Shown here piece after piece: positions 62,531 to 64,000 of a DNA stretch of 64,000 nucleotides. The DNA is taken from assembly GCF_035594765.1 (NCBI RefSeq), contig NC_085846.1, forward strand, positions 19,517,190 to 19,581,189, in the 5' to 3' direction. The first letter of the stretch is position 1. Every line of letters begins with the position of its first letter. Position numbers and translations under genes: made by a program. The notes beneath the pieces are model-generated. The model ran no database searches, was not told the DNA's origin, and was given only the letters and a program-made list of their open reading frames with translations. The stretch is from Anolis carolinensis (lineage: Eukaryota).

Positions 62531-64000
62531 ATCAGATGTATGCTAGTCTATGTGTTTGTAATTTGATAAATTACTGCTCTACAAACATAGTGCTAATTGA
62601 GTAAGTATATTCTAGGATAGATAATGATCTGGATTGAAAGAGGTTTAGCTCTGATTTAATGTGGTTCTTTCTCCACCCTCTTCCCCACCATAATTTGTTT
62701 TGTTTGGATCTTATGCTGGTAGTTCTTCGCCAGAACAATAATTATTCAGATAACCCATTAGGTCACACCTACACTCACCAGTTTCCACAGGGCAAAATCA
62801 AAGATATGCTATGGACTTACTTTACAGGCCTTAAGGGTGCCCACATAACCCATATCTTATCCATGGTGGCAATAGAGTGGAGTCTACATGGTTCATCTTG
62901 GCCAAAACCGATTCAACCTGGCAGGAGCATCACCTTCCCTTCCCTTCCCTGTCACTGTCACTGCTGTGGTATTCTAGGAGATTTCCTGGCCATTGTGAGC
63001 ACCCCATGGTGACATCAGCAGAGGTATCTGCATTACCAGTAAGAAGGAAGAGACAATTTCATCCTTCTTCTCCCTGGTCTGTTGACGTCAGCAGATCCTA
63101 CCACACAATGGCAGAACATAAATCCATCTCCAGATTGGGAGGGTGGCAGCTGAGACTGCTCCCTCTGCCCAGCTGGTTTTCCACACAACAACAGCTAGAG
63201 ATGCAGTTCCATTTTTATGGTTTTTGATAAACTCTCTAGCATTAAAAGTTCTCCGTTCTTTCTCAGGCACATCTACACTGACACAGTTATCCTGCTTTGG
63301 GAGGAATTGGTTTCACTATACGGGTGACTAGATTGCCATGCCTGCAACTGGTTTGAAACCAGGAAGATGAATATATTGAATACAGAACCTGGCCTCAAAC
63401 CACTTTGCAGAGCCCCCCCACCCCCATTTCCAGGAGAGATACACATCAGTGCTCTGAAGACTATGGTTAAAAAGGCGGAAAGTGACAACCAAAAATGGAG
63501 GTAATCAATTACCCCTCCCAAGGGATTGATTAACCCCCTTCTGCCCAGCCATGCCCCTGAAGCATTTTTGACAGCCCCATTTGAGATACTTTACTGTGTT
63601 CAGCAGGGCCAGGGATCTACAATCCACTCTACATTTTGCAGCGTGGGTTGCATCTTGATATCTGCTGAACCACATTTTTTCCCTGAACTCAATTTGTGAC
63701 TTTTTAAAAATGAGCTGCTTCCAGCTTGATCCATGCTACAGCACACATTAGTGGTGTGCATTTTGTGGCTACTGCAATGTTGAATCAGCTTGGAGCTTCA
63801 TTACATGGTCTGTGTAGAAGGGCCTTCAATGATCGAGAGAGGCTGGAGCAAGTCCATCAGTACCCAGGGAGATAGAACTGCATCTGAGCACTAGAGTAAA
63901 GGTCTTGCAGATGGAAGTATTAGATGACAATAATAATAATAATAATCATCATCATCATCATCATCATAATTCTATTTCTTACTCGCCTCTCCTCATGGCT

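Overview
Vertebrate genomic DNA, most likely a squamate reptile. A Sauria SINE, BovB, CR1, Penelope and abundant hAT/Tc1-mariner MITEs point to a lizard such as Anolis (inference). The window holds a tandem cluster of four six-exon vomeronasal type-2 receptor (V2R, class C GPCR) genes. V2R-A (minus strand, 2536-14880, about 885 aa) and V2R-B (plus, 19635-31041, about 877 aa) are intact and head-to-head. V2R-C (plus, 36685-44952) is a pseudogene, with a premature TAA and a +1 frameshift in exon 3. V2R-D (plus, 50960-62530, about 888 aa) is intact and more divergent. All exon boundaries follow GT-AG, with intron phases 2,0,0,0,1. Bases 1-921 are a paralogous copy of the V2R-C 3' flank, which predicts a fifth V2R just outside the window. 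Introns and intergenic DNA are dense in transposon remnants, many with readable target-site duplications (TSDs). The most notable non-genic signal is a near-perfect 101-bp-arm palindromic Penelope-type insertion in V2R-D intron 1 carrying a minimal hammerhead ribozyme motif on each strand. A second, different hammerhead motif lies in V2R-D intron 5. There is one assembly gap (41685-41818). No prokaryote-type systems are present.
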